A DNA stretch of 64,000 bases from Mobula birostris (lineage: Eukaryota), in contig NC_092382.1 of NCBI RefSeq assembly GCF_030028105.1, forward strand, positions 98,410,699-98,474,698, in the 5' to 3' direction. Below the pieces are notes generated by a model. The model did not search any database. It had not been told where the DNA came from and saw only the letters and a program-made list of their open reading frames with translations. Below are positions 11,290 through 23,222 of the stretch, piece by piece. Position 1 is the first letter of the stretch; each line of letters begins with the position of its first letter. The position numbers and the translations under genes were made by a program.

Positions 11290-12374
11290 CAGACTCCGGG
11301 AGCAGAAATATGTGGCCGTGTGGTTCAGCTGCAGGTGGCCGGCGCTCAGAGTGAACTCATTGTTGTTCGGTCGACTGGCTGTCAACCCGTCCACCTCCGT
11401 GTCCGCCGCCACGGTCGGAGCACCCATCGAGTAAAACAGATTCTGCGGCTCCTTGCCCGGGTATTGTCTGTACCAGAACAATCGGTAGGTGCTGCTGCCG
11501 TCGACCGTGCAGTGAAGAGTTTGTTTCCGGCCGGGGGACTCGGAAACGGCGTCGGGAGTCTGGCGGATCACCGTCGAGGTCACGGCTGGTGATTTAAAGA
11601 ACAAACGAGGGGAATAAATAAATAAATGCATTCAGTAAAGGCAGCGACTCCGTGCGCTGGAGAGAGGACCAGGCAGGTAAAGTAAAAACAGAATGTGATA
11701 GAGAAATAACCTGAGCACGCCAGGGAGAGATGAGACAGAGATATAGAGAAATCGATAAGGAGACAGATAAGACTGGTTTATAGATAGAGATGGAGGGATA
11801 GGGAGGATGAGGGAAGGTGTGGCTGTGCGGAGTGAAAGCACGAAGCGGAGGGAAGGAGCGAGTAGGGATGATTATTGAAAGGTAGACAGATAAATAAAGA
11901 AATGGGAGGAAGTGGAGTGGAGATGGCAGCAGTAGGGGACGGTGAGAGGAAAATGGAAAGGCGTGGTATGCGTCGAAGCTGAGCTGGTAGGAAGAGCGTG
12001 GGTGAGGTTTGGAGCGATGGATAGACAGGAGTGGTATGGAGCGAGCGAGGGACGGAGAAGAAAGGAGAGTGGAAATGCAGAGAGTTAGCTGGAGGCAATG
12101 TGCGAGGCAACGCGAGGATGAGAGTGGTTAAGTTCTGAAAGAGGCCAAGCGCGGAAATAATGGCAGAGCAAAGTCGGAAAATGAGGAGCAAGAAGAACAG
12201 GGGTCCATAAAGATGATACTCACAGGGGAAGGAGGTGAACATGACGTAGAGATAATGTGGAAAATTGGATAAGACAGAATGAGAAAGAAAGAATCAAAAT
12301 ATGGAAGCAGGGAACATTGGATTTGAATATTCCTTACTGTACAAGCAGCTCACAAACGCCAGTAACAAGAGCAT
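11290..12374 (-). CDS. TRBV: TCR beta-like V gene, open frame but defective RSS (leader 12374-12338, V exon 11585-11290)
   Basis: Leader MLLLLAFVSCLY followed by GTAAGG. V exon TVTSTVIRQTPDAVSESPGRKQTLHCTVDGSSTYRLFWYRQYPGKEPQNLFYSMG...NHTATYFCSRSL. Heptamer CACGGCG at 11283-11289; no recognisable nonamer. Confidence 0.85.
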
Positions 12375-12517
12375 TCTTCACTTAAAGTTCCTCTGTCAGG
12401 AAGAGCAGGACCTGCCCGAAGCGTGAGGACAGATATAGTGACTGCATAAGGTTACAGTTTGCCTTGTAACACCCCGTCCCCGCTTCTGTCACTGGCATCC
12501 CCATCCCTCCCTCGCTG

Positions 12518-12551
12518 GATGACGTCGCATTCAGAGCAGAAACCGGAAGTG
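12518..12551. promoter_or_regulatory. CRE-like (TGACGTCG) and ETS (ACCGGAAGTG) promoter elements
   Basis: About 150-180 bp upstream of the leader ATG at 12374 (minus strand). Confidence 0.55.
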
Positions 12552-13333
12552 CGCAAATTTACAACGTCGATATATGTTCATTGTATCCGCCGGAGCAAAT
12601 GTGCGGGACAAAACATGAAATAAGGAGTTATTGTTCTCGTTGTGTGAGCTGTGTGTCCGTTTCTCGGGCACAGTTTCTGCCTCTTTGTTTGTCTCTCTAT
12701 GCATAGGTACTTCAGTTTTATTCAAAGATAAATAAAATACTTGGTAACAGGACCGACCGACCCAATGAAGCCTCGCCGCCCAATTACACAGATGTGTCCA
12801 CTTGTCCCGTAAGTCCTTGCAGGATGGAGTTGGGGCACCGAAGGGAACTGACACCGCCACTGGGAGGAACGTACGAATTTCTTACAGGTGGCGTAAGGAA
12901 CAAAACCCAGCTGCTGGTGCTGTGTAGCGACACACTGACTGGTACGTCACGGTGCCGCCGTATGTTTGTGTGTATTATGTATGTATGTTTGTTTGTATGT
13001 ATCGGTCTGTCTTGCAAACTATCTTGCCATGTATCTCTCTAGAAATCGATCTATCTAGCTATCCATCCGGGTATCGATTGGCAGCTTTGCATGCATTTGC
13101 TCCCACCGGCTTCTCTGGGTCTCAAAATATTATTCCCTCAAGCAATCCGGCCGTCGGTTCGACATCACCACTCTCAGTGTGAAAGAAGGAGGTGAAGATG
13201 TTTTTTTTCCCCCAGTGATAGTAGAGCTGTGACCATGCCTGTTTTGAAAATGTGGACTTGTGCATTGCAAGGTCGAGATAGGCGACCCACTCCTGCCCTA
13301 CTCAGAAGTCACTGCCGCTCCGTTTGGACTTAG

Positions 13334-13347
13334 AGCGCCCCCTGCTG
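13334..13347 (-). promoter_or_regulatory. Intergenic CTCF motif (CAGCAGGGGGCGCT)
   Basis: Plus strand reads AGCGCCCCCTGCTG, a near-consensus CTCF core. Confidence 0.6.
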
Positions 13348-13489
13348 TCACCCTGCAGAGAAACGGGCGCGACAGCGCAGCTTGCCCATCCGTCGGATAG
13401 TCACTGAAATGTTGTAATTGTGACAACATCGACAGCTTCGATAGAAATACCCCACAGTTCAACGGGGAGTTGGTCTTCCTAACGAACAG

Positions 13490-14240
13490 ACCTCAGGCTC
13501 TCAGATGCACAACTGCTCCTCCCTGCCCATCATCCTCAGCACGGGTATCCCCCAGGGCGCCGTGTGGCGCCCATTGCTGTACACACGTGACCGCACGGCC
13601 AAACACCCGGCCAATCACGTCGACAAGTTCCCCGTTGTCACCCAAGGGACTCTGCACGAGGCACGGTGGAGGAGGTGGTAGACATCGAGGCCTGGGGCCA
13701 GGCATATAACAACGTCGACAAGACAAGGGAGATTTTTTTTAAAAATCGAATTCAGATGAAGTCGCCGCATTCACACACCCCTTCACACATGGTGGCACCA
13801 CAGTCCAAACTGTACGCAGTTTCAAACTCCCGGAGTGCACATCACATGCAAACTCATAACTCCGTCATCACCGCAGAACGCACATTTTAGAATCTAGGAA
13901 GCTCGTCAATATCCCTGATTTCCCAGGAGGCGGAAGACAGCTGCACATTGCACATGCGCATCAAGTCATGCCACAGCTGCCGGATAGAGAGCATCCCAGC
14001 GTTATCGCAAGGCACGGAAGCCGCACTGCAGTGGACAGGGAGGCCCTACAATGGGTAGTCCAACCTGGCCCACGAATCACCAGTAGCAGTCTTCCCCGCC
14101 GTCGCTGACAATTATACAGAAAGACGCTGGAAAAGCGCCAGTATCATCAGGAATGATCGCACCTACTCTGCTCATGGACTGCTTTTTCCAATCGCGGCAA
14201 GGAAAAGGTTACGTGGCATCCACGCCATGATTACCAGCCT
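13490..14240 (+). mobile_element. Decayed Rex1/Babar-like non-LTR retrotransposon RT fragment
   Basis: Reads ILSTGIPQGAVWRPLLY..TAKHPANHVDKF..NVDKTREI, a decayed version of the STGxPQGxVLSPLLY / NVxKTKE motifs. Confidence 0.65.
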
Positions 14241-14574
14241 CAAAAACAATTCCCTTCCCCAAACAGTGAGCCTGATTGACACTTCCATCCACTCACCCAC
14301 CTCTCCACAGCCCCACTCCCCTACTGTCACTGCTCTGTTATTATTTCCCGTCAGTCACAGCGTACGTAAAGCCTAATATAACCACATGGATGGATATCAG
14401 CTATTTTATGTATTTGTATTTATTATTTCTGTTCATTATTACTGTTATGCTCTTTATATCGCTCCGGACATGCGATTGTTTCGTTCTCCTTTACACTAGT
14501 GTGCGGGATATGACATTCCTAGACAACTCGTTCCACATTCCCACCGGCCTCTGCCTGAAAAGTGTAGCATCCCC

Positions 14575-17500
14575 CTAAACTAGAATGGTTGGGGGGTGGG
14601 AATCAAATTAAAGAGGCTAGGTGTGAGGAGGTTAGTTCACTACAGGGGGTTGGGAACCAGTGCAGAGAGACAGAGGGGTGTAAAGTGAGGGTAGAAACAA
14701 AAAGTACTATGGAGAAAAGTAAAAGTGGCAGGCCGACAAATCCAGGGCAAGCATTAAAAAGGGCCACTTTTCAGCATAATTGTATAAGGGCTAAGAGAGT
14801 TGTAAAAGAGCGCCTGAAGGCTTTGTGTGTCAATGCAAGGAGCATTCGTAATAAGGTGGATGAATTGAAAGTGCAGATTGTTATTAATGATTATGATATA
14901 GTTGGGATCACAGAGACATGGCTCCAGGGTGACCAGGGATGGGAGCTCAACGTTCAGGGATATTCAATATACAGGAGGGATAGACATGAAGGAAGGGGAG
15001 GTGGGGTGGCGTTGCTGGTTAAAGAAGAGATTAACGCAATAGAAAGGAAGGACATAAGCCGGGAAGATGTGGAATCGATATGGGTAGAGCTGCGTAACAC
15101 TAAGGGGCAGAAGACGCTGGTGGGAGTTGTGTACAGGCCACCTATCAGTAGTAGTGAGGTCGGAGATGGTATTAAACAGGAAATTAGAAATGTGTGCAAT
15201 AAAGGAACAGCAGTTATAATGGGTGACTTCAATCTACATGTAGATTGGGTGAACCAAATTGGTAAAGGTGCTGAGGAAGGGGATTTTTGGAATGTATGCG
15301 GGATGGTTTTTTGAACCAACATGTCGAGGAACCACTAGAGAGCAGGCTATTCTGGACTGGGTTTTGAGCAATGAGCAAGGGTTAATTAGCAATCTTGTCG
15401 TGAGAGGCCCCTTGGGTAAGAGTGACCATAATATGGTGGAATTCTTCATTAAGATGGAGAGTGACATAGTTAATTCAGAAACAAAGGTTCTGAAATTAAA
15501 GAGGGGTAACTTTGAAGGTATGAGACGTGAATTAGCTAAGATAGACTTGCAAATGACACTTAAGGGATTGACGGTGGATATGCAATGGCAAGCATTTAAA
15601 GGTTGCATGGATGGACTGCAAAAAATGTTCATCCCAGTTCGGCAAAAGAATAAATCAAGGAAGGTAGTGCACCCGTGGCTGACAAGAGAAATTAGGGATA
15701 GTATCAATTCCAAAGAAGCAGCATACAAATTAGCCAGAGAAAGTGGCTCACCTGAGGACTGGGAGAAATTCAGAGTTCAGCAGAGGAGGACAAAGGGCTT
15801 AATTAGGAAGGGGGAAAAAGATTATGAGAGAAAACTGGCAGGCAACATAAAAACGGACTGTAAAAGCTTTTATAGATATGTAAAAAGGAAAAGACTGGTA
15901 AAGACAAATGTAGGTCCCCTGCAGACAGAAACAGGTGAATTGATTATGGGGAGCAAGGACATGGCAGACCAATTGAACCAACTTTGGTTCTGTCTTCACT
16001 AAGGAGGACATAAATAATCTTCCAGAAATAGTAGGGGACAGAGGGTCCAGTGAGATGGAGGAACTGAGCGAAATACATGTTAGTAGGGAAGTGGTGTTAG
16101 GTAAATTGAAGGGATTGCAGGCAGATAAATCCCCAGGGCCAGATTGTCTGCATCCCAGGGTGCTTAAGGAAGTAGCCCAAGAAATAGTGGATGCATTAGT
16201 GATAATTTTTCAAAACTCGTTAGATTCTGGACTAGTTCCTGAGGATTGGAGGGTGGCTAATGTAACTCCACTTTTTAAAAAAGGAGGGAGAGAGAAACCG
16301 GGGAATTATAGACCGGTTAGCCTAACGTCGGTGGTGGGGAAACTGCTGGAGTCAGTTATCAACGATGTGATAACAGCACATTTGGAAAGTGGTGAAATGA
16401 TCGGACAAAGTGAGCATGGATTTGTGAAAGGAAAATCATGTCTGACGAATCTCATAGAATTTTTTGAGGATGTAACTAGTAGAGTGGATAGGGGAGAACC
16501 AGTGGATGTGGTATATTTGGATTTTCAGAAGGCTTTTGACAAGGTCCCACACAGGAGATTAGTGTGCAAACTTAAAGCACACGGTATTGGGGGTAAGGTA
16601 TTGGTGTGGGTGGAGAGTTGGTTAGCAGACAGGAAGCAAAGAGTGGGAATAAACGGGACCTTTTCAGAATGGCAGGCGGTGACTAGTGCGGTACCGCAAG
16701 GCTCAGTGCTCGGACCCCAGTTGTTTACAATATATATTAATGACTTGGATGAGGGAATTAAATGCAGCATCTCCAAGTTTGCGGATGACACGAAGCTGGG
16801 TGGCAGTGTTAGCTGTGGGGAGGATGCTAAGAGGATCCAGGGTGACTTGGATAGGTTGGGTGAGTGGGCAAATTCATGGCAGATGCAATTTAATGTGGAT
16901 AAATGTGAAGTTATCTACTTTGGTGGCAAAAATAGGAAAACAGATTATTATCTGAATGGTGGCCGATTAGGAAAAGGGGAGGTGCAACGTGACCTGGGTG
17001 TCATTATACACCAGTCATTGAAAGTGGGCATGCAGGTACAGCAGGCGGTGAAAAGGCGAATGGTATGCTGGCATTTATAGCGAGAGGATTTGAGTACAGG
17101 AGCAGGGAGGTACTACTGCAGTTGTACAAGGCCTTGGTGAGACCGCACCTGGAGTATTGTGTGCAGTTTTGGTCCCCTAATCTGAGGAAAGACATCCTTG
17201 CCATAGAGGGAGTACAGAGAAGGTTCACCAGATTGATTCCTGGGATGGCAGGACTTTCATATGAAGATAGAATGGATGAACTGGGCTTGTACTCGTTGGA
17301 ATTTAGAAGATTGAGGGGGGATCTGATTGAAACGTATAAGATCCTAAAGGGATTGGACAGGCTAGATGCAGGAAGATTGTTCCCGATGTTGGGGTTGTCC
17401 AGAACGAGGGGTCACAGTTTGAGGATAGAGGGGAAGCCTTTTAGGACCGAGATTAGGAAAAACTTCTTCACACAGAGAGTGGTGAATCTGTGGAATTCTC

Positions 17501-17720
17501 TGCCACAGGAAACAGTGGAGGCCAGTTCATTGGCTATATTTAAGAGGGAGTTAGATACGGCCCTTGTGGCTACGGAGGTCAGGGGGTATGGAGGGAAGGC
17601 AGGGGCGGTGTTCTGAGTTGGATGATCAGCCATGATCATAATAAATGGCGGTGCAGGCTAGAAGGGCCGAATGACCTACTCCTGCACCTATTTTCTATGT
17701 TCTATGTTCTATGTTCTATG
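14575..17720 (+). mobile_element. 5'-truncated CR1 LINE with near-complete ORF2 (APE endonuclease and RT), three frameshifts, (TTCTATG)4 tail
   Basis: ORFs 14589-15314 (NARSIRNK, ITETWL, GDFN), 15259-16002, 16055-17080 (YLDFQKAFDKVPH, QGSVLGP, FADDTK) and 17065-17616. Tail repeats at 17693-17720. Confidence 0.95.
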
Positions 17721-18489
17721 TCTGGCTTCAACCTCCCCCCTCTCTCTTCAATCCTGTGTCCATTCGCTCTAGACAGCCTCATCGCTGTAACACGACAACG
17801 ATCAAACACCTCATCTCTTCTCCTCGGAAATTTGTAAACAGCGATAAGATTACCTTCGCAGACTCCATCTTGAAACAACCTAAGTCCTTTCCAATCTTTC
17901 CTTAGAACTCTTGTACTCTAGCTGTAAATTGATTTATTGATCATTACAGAATATCTGTCTGATGCTTCTCTCTTCCCCTTTTCCCAACCATGATTCCCCT
18001 CTGCCTCCCCCTTCCCACTACCATCCCACTAAAGAGACCCGGGTCACAATCACGTTTACCATAACTCACATCTGTCAATTTGTTTATTTATTTTCGGCAG
18101 CAATACAGTGCAGTACATACAATTACTGCAGTATTGTGTAAATGTCTCAGGCCCCCTAGTTATACATCGGGACAGTGTGAGACCATTGCACTGTCCTGAT
18201 GTTCACCATATGCTTCCCCGAGGCAGTCGGCACAGGAGCCTTAGGTCTGAAACACCCGCCCGGCGTGGATATCTTCACACTTCAGGACTGAACTGATTCC
18301 ACAATCTATGATTCACTTTCTAACTCTTGTTCTTATCATTGTATTTGCCTCTTTTTAATTATTTGCACGATTTGCCAGCCTTTGCATAACAGTGTTAGCA
18401 TCAGTTACGTATTGTTTTTCATCTTGTGTACCTTCGCTTTTCTGGGAATGCCAGCAAGAAAGTGAACTTTGAACTTCGCTCATTGGAGG

Positions 18490-18725
18490 TTCGGTACATT
18501 GCGGATTCCTACCGCTGGGTGCCGTTCGCTACACAGGAGCAGACCTTCGAGTCTGCCGGCGGTGAAGTGGTTGCTTCCCCGTTGAACCGCTCCCCATATC
18601 TCACGTACAATGCTGTGCTCCTTACCAGGCACCTGCAACACCACCGGTCTTGCTTTCGCCGTTGTCCGTTGCAGAATGCCGTGCTGTCCTATCCCAATCC
18701 CGTTACAGGTTTGATGCCGTCATGC
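18490..18725 (-). pseudogene. Highly degenerate V relic
   Basis: Acceptor CCTTTTCAG; fragments W..QVPGKE, FTAGRLEG and ESAMY in changing frames; no RSS. Confidence 0.35.
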
Positions 18726-18988
18726 TGAAAAGGATGCAACAAGGGATTGAGGGAAATGCGAGTTGGACAAGAAGAATAACAGCGAAGAACTTCAGATTAC
18801 GTTAACCGGAAAACTAAATATTATATTTCCAACAGTGCCAAAGAGTGAGCAACTTTCAAAACCTGATGAAAGTGGCGATATTGGGATCCCAGAACTTGCT
18901 GCTATTTCAGACCTTATCCAGCAGTGACCCTGGTATACCGCAAATCAATGACCACAGCAGCCAACTCAAGTCCCCGCCGCGGTTGCTC

Positions 18989-18998
18989 AGTGACGTCA
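18989..18998 (+). promoter_or_regulatory. TCR Vbeta promoter decamer AGTGACGTCA
   Basis: Matches the AGTGAYRTCA decamer, 112 bp upstream of the leader ATG at 19110. Confidence 0.7.
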
Positions 18999-19109
18999 GG
19001 TGTAATTGTCAGAGGGAGGGGCGGGGCTTCGGGGTTTCTGCCGTGACGCGTTGAGCTCAAGCGGATCCCCGAACCTTCTCCGCTGTGGAGAGGGCGGACG
19101 GACGTGAAG

Positions 19110-20134
19110 ATGTTCCTGCTACTGCAGTTATTCTTCTGGCTTCACGGTAAGGGACGGGATCAATTTATGAATAGTTTTCGGAAGCGGTTTTCATTACTTT
19201 TTTCTATACTTCTTGCATCTCTGTATCGACCCTGTCACTACCACGTTCCGTCGTTTCCCGTCCTTCTGATTTTCTCTTCCATTCAAGTGTCGCTTCCATG
19301 AATCGCGCTCTAGACCTGTACTGTCACGCTCTCACTTCTGCCCCTTGTAATACTATTTTCTTCTTCGACATCTGTTACTTTCTCTCCCACCTGTCCCACC
19401 TCCCGTGGCTCCACTCCGCTTGCGTCTTTACCGCTCGTCCCGTCCCTCCTTCCTCACTCTCCACGACCCTCCCGTCTTCTTCCACATCCTCCTCTCTACC
19501 TCCATCTCCTGACATTTTTCTTCCTTTTCTCCTCCTCCTCGTAATAACCCTGCACCTATTCTTTTCCTTCTTTCCCTCCCCACCCTTTACCTCCCTCTCA
19601 GTAAATTCAACTTTGTACTTAGTAACTCAAACAGGCGGCTTCTAATCTCCGTCATTTTATTTAATTTTCTCGACCGTTACTCTCGTTTTCGTCCTGTGCT
19701 ATCGGGTTCTCTCTTCCGTTATTTGAAATTCCATAATCTGCTTCAATCCGGATTATTTCTTCTCCCGATTGCCTCACAAACGCCAACGCCGGAATCTTCT
19801 TGTTTACTGACGCCCTACTCTCTTACTCTCTCCTGTAGCCGCGGATCCCCAGACCATCCACCAGACACCCCGTTTTTATTCCGGATCTCTCGGGGACCCG
19901 ATGCAGTTGACTTGCAACGTGGATGGCAGCAGCAATTACTATATGTACTGGTATCGACAATACCCGGGGAAGGAGCCTCAGCTAATGTTTTATACCTCAG
20001 GTACCAGTCTTAAAGAGCCTGCTGGGGAAGTCGATGGATTTAGCGTCCAGACTCCGAAAAGCAACGCGTGCAACCTGGTGACGAGCAGCCTGCGCAGCAA
20101 TCACTCGGCCGTGTACTTCTGCGCGTGGAGTCTT
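19110..20134 (+). CDS. TRBV: TCR beta-like V gene, open (leader 19110-19146, V exon 19839-20134)
   Basis: Leader MFLLLQLFFWLH followed by GTAAGG. V exon AADPQTIHQTPRFYSGSLGDPMQLTCNVDGSSNYYMYWYRQYPGKEPQLMFYTSG...SNACNLVTSSLRSNHSAVYFCAWSL. Confidence 0.92.
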
Positions 20135-20173
20135 CACAGTGATACAAAGAACCGTCTGAGCTCAACAAAAACC
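20135..20173 (+). other. 23-RSS, full consensus
   Basis: CACAGTG 20135-20141, 23-bp spacer, ACAAAAACC 20165-20173. Confidence 0.95.
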
Positions 20174-20489
20174 GCTAACATCATGTTGCAGACAGGGTAA
20201 AGACAGCTGCACGAAGCGCAGTTAATCCAAGATGACGTAACGGCAGCAAGAAGCAGAGGCGGGTTAGTGGAACGCTGACAGTGCAGGTGTCCAGTCGATT
20301 TCTTCAAAGCACTTTACAGTGGGATAAAATGCAAACAGAAGAAAACAGTCAATTTTTTTCGTTAAAAGCAAAGTTAAATAAATTAGTGTTGAGCTGGCAT
20401 TTAAACGTGCTAACTGACTCTCCATCCCTTTAATTTTCGGTGCTGAATTCCAGAGTTTAGGAGCGTCGTTCAAAATAAAGCTGATTCGC

Positions 20490-20820
20490 AAAGTCTCAAC
20501 ACTCGCTGCAGTTTGAATCTTAGCTTTCCCGTCGCTGGGCGGTCAAAAAGTCACAAATTGCGCCAACTATGGTCATTGGGAAACCTTCGAAGTCACCTGT
20601 TTCAAATGTAAATTGTGCGTTGCAATTCTACCCCACCTCTATCACTTCTTTTGAAAACTCATCTCGTGCGCCCACCAGTATATCCGCTCCGGGTCAGAGA
20701 GTCTCCGGGATCTCGGCGGTGCCCGTATACCAGTACCCGGCGTGGTGTCACGTTGACGGCAATTAATAATTACGAACGAGTCCACGGCGACACAGAGAGC
20801 GAGGGGCTTTGAGGAGGCTG
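20490..20820 (-). pseudogene. Degenerate V relic
   Basis: Fragments QSPSL, VAVDSFVIINCRQRDT, AGYWY and FLTAQR in different frames; no RSS found. Confidence 0.5.
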
Positions 20821-21389
20821 CAGTCCGTGGGTTCGATCGGAAAAAATGAGCAGTAATTAACAGAAACTGAGAGGCGGAGTGAGATTTTATCCATCTACCT
20901 GAAACGAACGCCCGCTCGGTTCAGACCGCCTGTCAAAGAGACATTCACCTTCAACCTTGTCGATGAGCGTATAGAACCCTGTAATGCTACCCCTGGACCC
21001 CCGACTCTCAGGAGAAGCACCCTCATCAAGGGCCAGCGCATCATCAGCGAACGAAATGCCTCTACTGCCCTCTGCTGTTGTATCAATCACCAATGCCTGA
21101 GAGTAAAGCGCTCAAAGTTCTCGCTAAGTCGGATCAAAACTGAGAAAATTATTGAGAGAAATTTGCTGTTTTCAAAGGTCGACGGTATCGCCGACAGTTC
21201 CCCCGACTTGGGAGGCTCAGCATTTAAAATTCAAATTAAATTTAGTATGATCTTACGTATGTGTCACCGTGTACTACCTGCGATTTATTTTCCCGCCGGC
21301 ATGCACGGAAGCACCGGCAAGTACGATAGAACTTAAGCTGGAGGGCAGTTAGTCTGAGGTTAGTGGTTGGGAAGTTGTTGGCGTCGGAA

Positions 21390-22860
21390 ATTGAGGATGA
21401 GGTCCGAGTGTACTTGGGGAAACCTGATAAAATAGGACCTAGTCAGCATGGTTTCCTCGAGGGAAATCTTGCCTGACAACTTTCTGGGAATTCCGAAAGA
21501 AATAACAAGCGGGATAAGCAAAAGAGAAAATGTCGAGACGACTGGAAAATAAAGGCAAGGATTTGATGTTGAGGCTTTATAAAGCACTGGTGAGGCCAAC
21601 CTTGGAGTATTGTGAGCAGTTTAGGGCAGCTTATCTTAGATAGGATCTGCTTATATTGGAGAGGGTTCACAGAATATTAACGACGACAATTCAAGGAATG
21701 AAAGGGTTAACATATGAGGAGCGTTTGATAGCTCTGGGCCTGTACTTGCTGGAGTTTAGAATGAGGGGGGACCTCATTGAAACCTATCGAATATTGAAGG
21801 CGCAAACACGACGTAATCTGCAGATGCTGGAAATACAAGCAACACACACAGAAACGCTGGTGAACGTAGCAGGGCAGGCAGCATCTGTAGGAAGCGGTAC
21901 AGTCCTGGGCAGACGAAGGTTCTGGGCCCGAAACGTCAACTGTACCTCTCCTGATACATGCTGCCTGGCCTGCTGCGTTCACCAGCAACTTTTGTGAATA
22001 TTGAAAGACCTAGTTATCATGGATGTGGAGAGGATGTTTCCTACACTGAGAGAAATAGAGAGGCTACCAAAGCACAGGATCAGAAGAGTGGACAGAGAAG
22101 TGTAAGATGGAGTACAGTGTCGGTATGTGTATGGCCATGCATTTTGGCAGAAGAAATGAAATTGTACAGTATTTTCTAAATGGATAGGATATGCCAAGAA
22201 ACTGAGGCGCAAAGGGACTTCACAGCCATTGCGCAGGATTCATGAAAAATTTATTTAGGTGCATTCTGTGGTGAGGGAGGCACATGTGATGATAGCACTT
22301 ATTTCAAGAGTACTAGAATACAAATGCCAGAATATAATGTGGCCCACTTCATGAAGAGCCAGCGAGACCTGATTTGGAGTATCGTGTGCCGTTGTCGGTT
22401 TCCTGTTTTTAGCAAAAAAGAGGTGCTGAAACTGTAGAGGTTTCATAGGAGTTTCACGAAAATGATCCGAAAATTAAAGGTTTATGGTTTAAAGAGGTTT
22501 TGATTGCTCTGGAACTCAAAAAAGGATGAGGAATGATCTGATTGAAAACTGCCCAATGGTGAAATACCTTGGTAGCTTGACGCGGAGGGGATGTTTCCAA
22601 AGGTGCGACAATCCTAGACCGGGGGACACAGTGTCAAAGTAGAAGTACGGAGGTGAGGAGCAATTCCTTTGGACAGAGAGCGGCGAATCCTTTGAATTAT
22701 TGAAGGCAACGGTTGATCGATTCTTGATTGTTTTGAGCATGAGAAGGTAAGGGGAGAAAGAGGGAGATTGAGGTTGAAAAGGAAATTTGAATCAGCCAAG
22801 ATGAAGTGGCGGAATAGACTCGCTGGAGCAAATAACCGAATTCTGCTCCTATATATTAGG
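21390..22860 (+). mobile_element. Cluster of decayed CR1 3' fragments
   Basis: Fragments such as LYKALVRP and RMRGDLIETYRILK are seen repeatedly. Confidence 0.75.
21799..21995. mobile_element. Short palindromic element inserted into CR1, flanked by a 10-bp target-site duplication GAATATTGAA
   Basis: TSD at 21789-21798 and 21996-22005. Inverted arms 21856-21903 and 21939-21986. The loop contains CAGACGA...GAAA. Confidence 0.8.
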
Positions 22861-23183
22861 TTCATACGGCCTTATATTCATAATGATCGACTATATCAAT
22901 CAATGAATAGAAAGGAATTGTCCAAACCCTGAAAGTTAGTCCATCTCGGTACCTAGTGTTGCGGGATCTACTGTAATGGGGAGTTGATAACACTGACGGC
23001 GGAGGACTTCATAATAGATTCAGCTTCCTCCCAGCAGCGTTTCACGCAAATGAACTTTAGATGGACGTGCGTGTGAGGGGAGACTGATAAAAAAGATTGT
23101 ACTTGGAGATGAGTTCGATGGACGCAGAGAAAGTAGCGGGCAACGGGCTGTCATGGGCTGACTGTTCTCCGAATCACGGGGCA

Positions 23184-23222
23184 GGTTTTTGTCTGAGGAA
23201 GCCCGAGACGTGAGCCGCCGTG
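23184..23222 (-). other. 23-RSS (CACGGCG-23-ACAAAAACC)
   Basis: Heptamer 23216-23222, spacer 23193-23215, consensus nonamer 23184-23192. Confidence 0.88.

Noticed and set aside
23020-23222. ORF extension beyond CAASL as extra protein sequence
   Set aside because: It is read-through across the RSS; the same applies to ORF tails after the other V exons.
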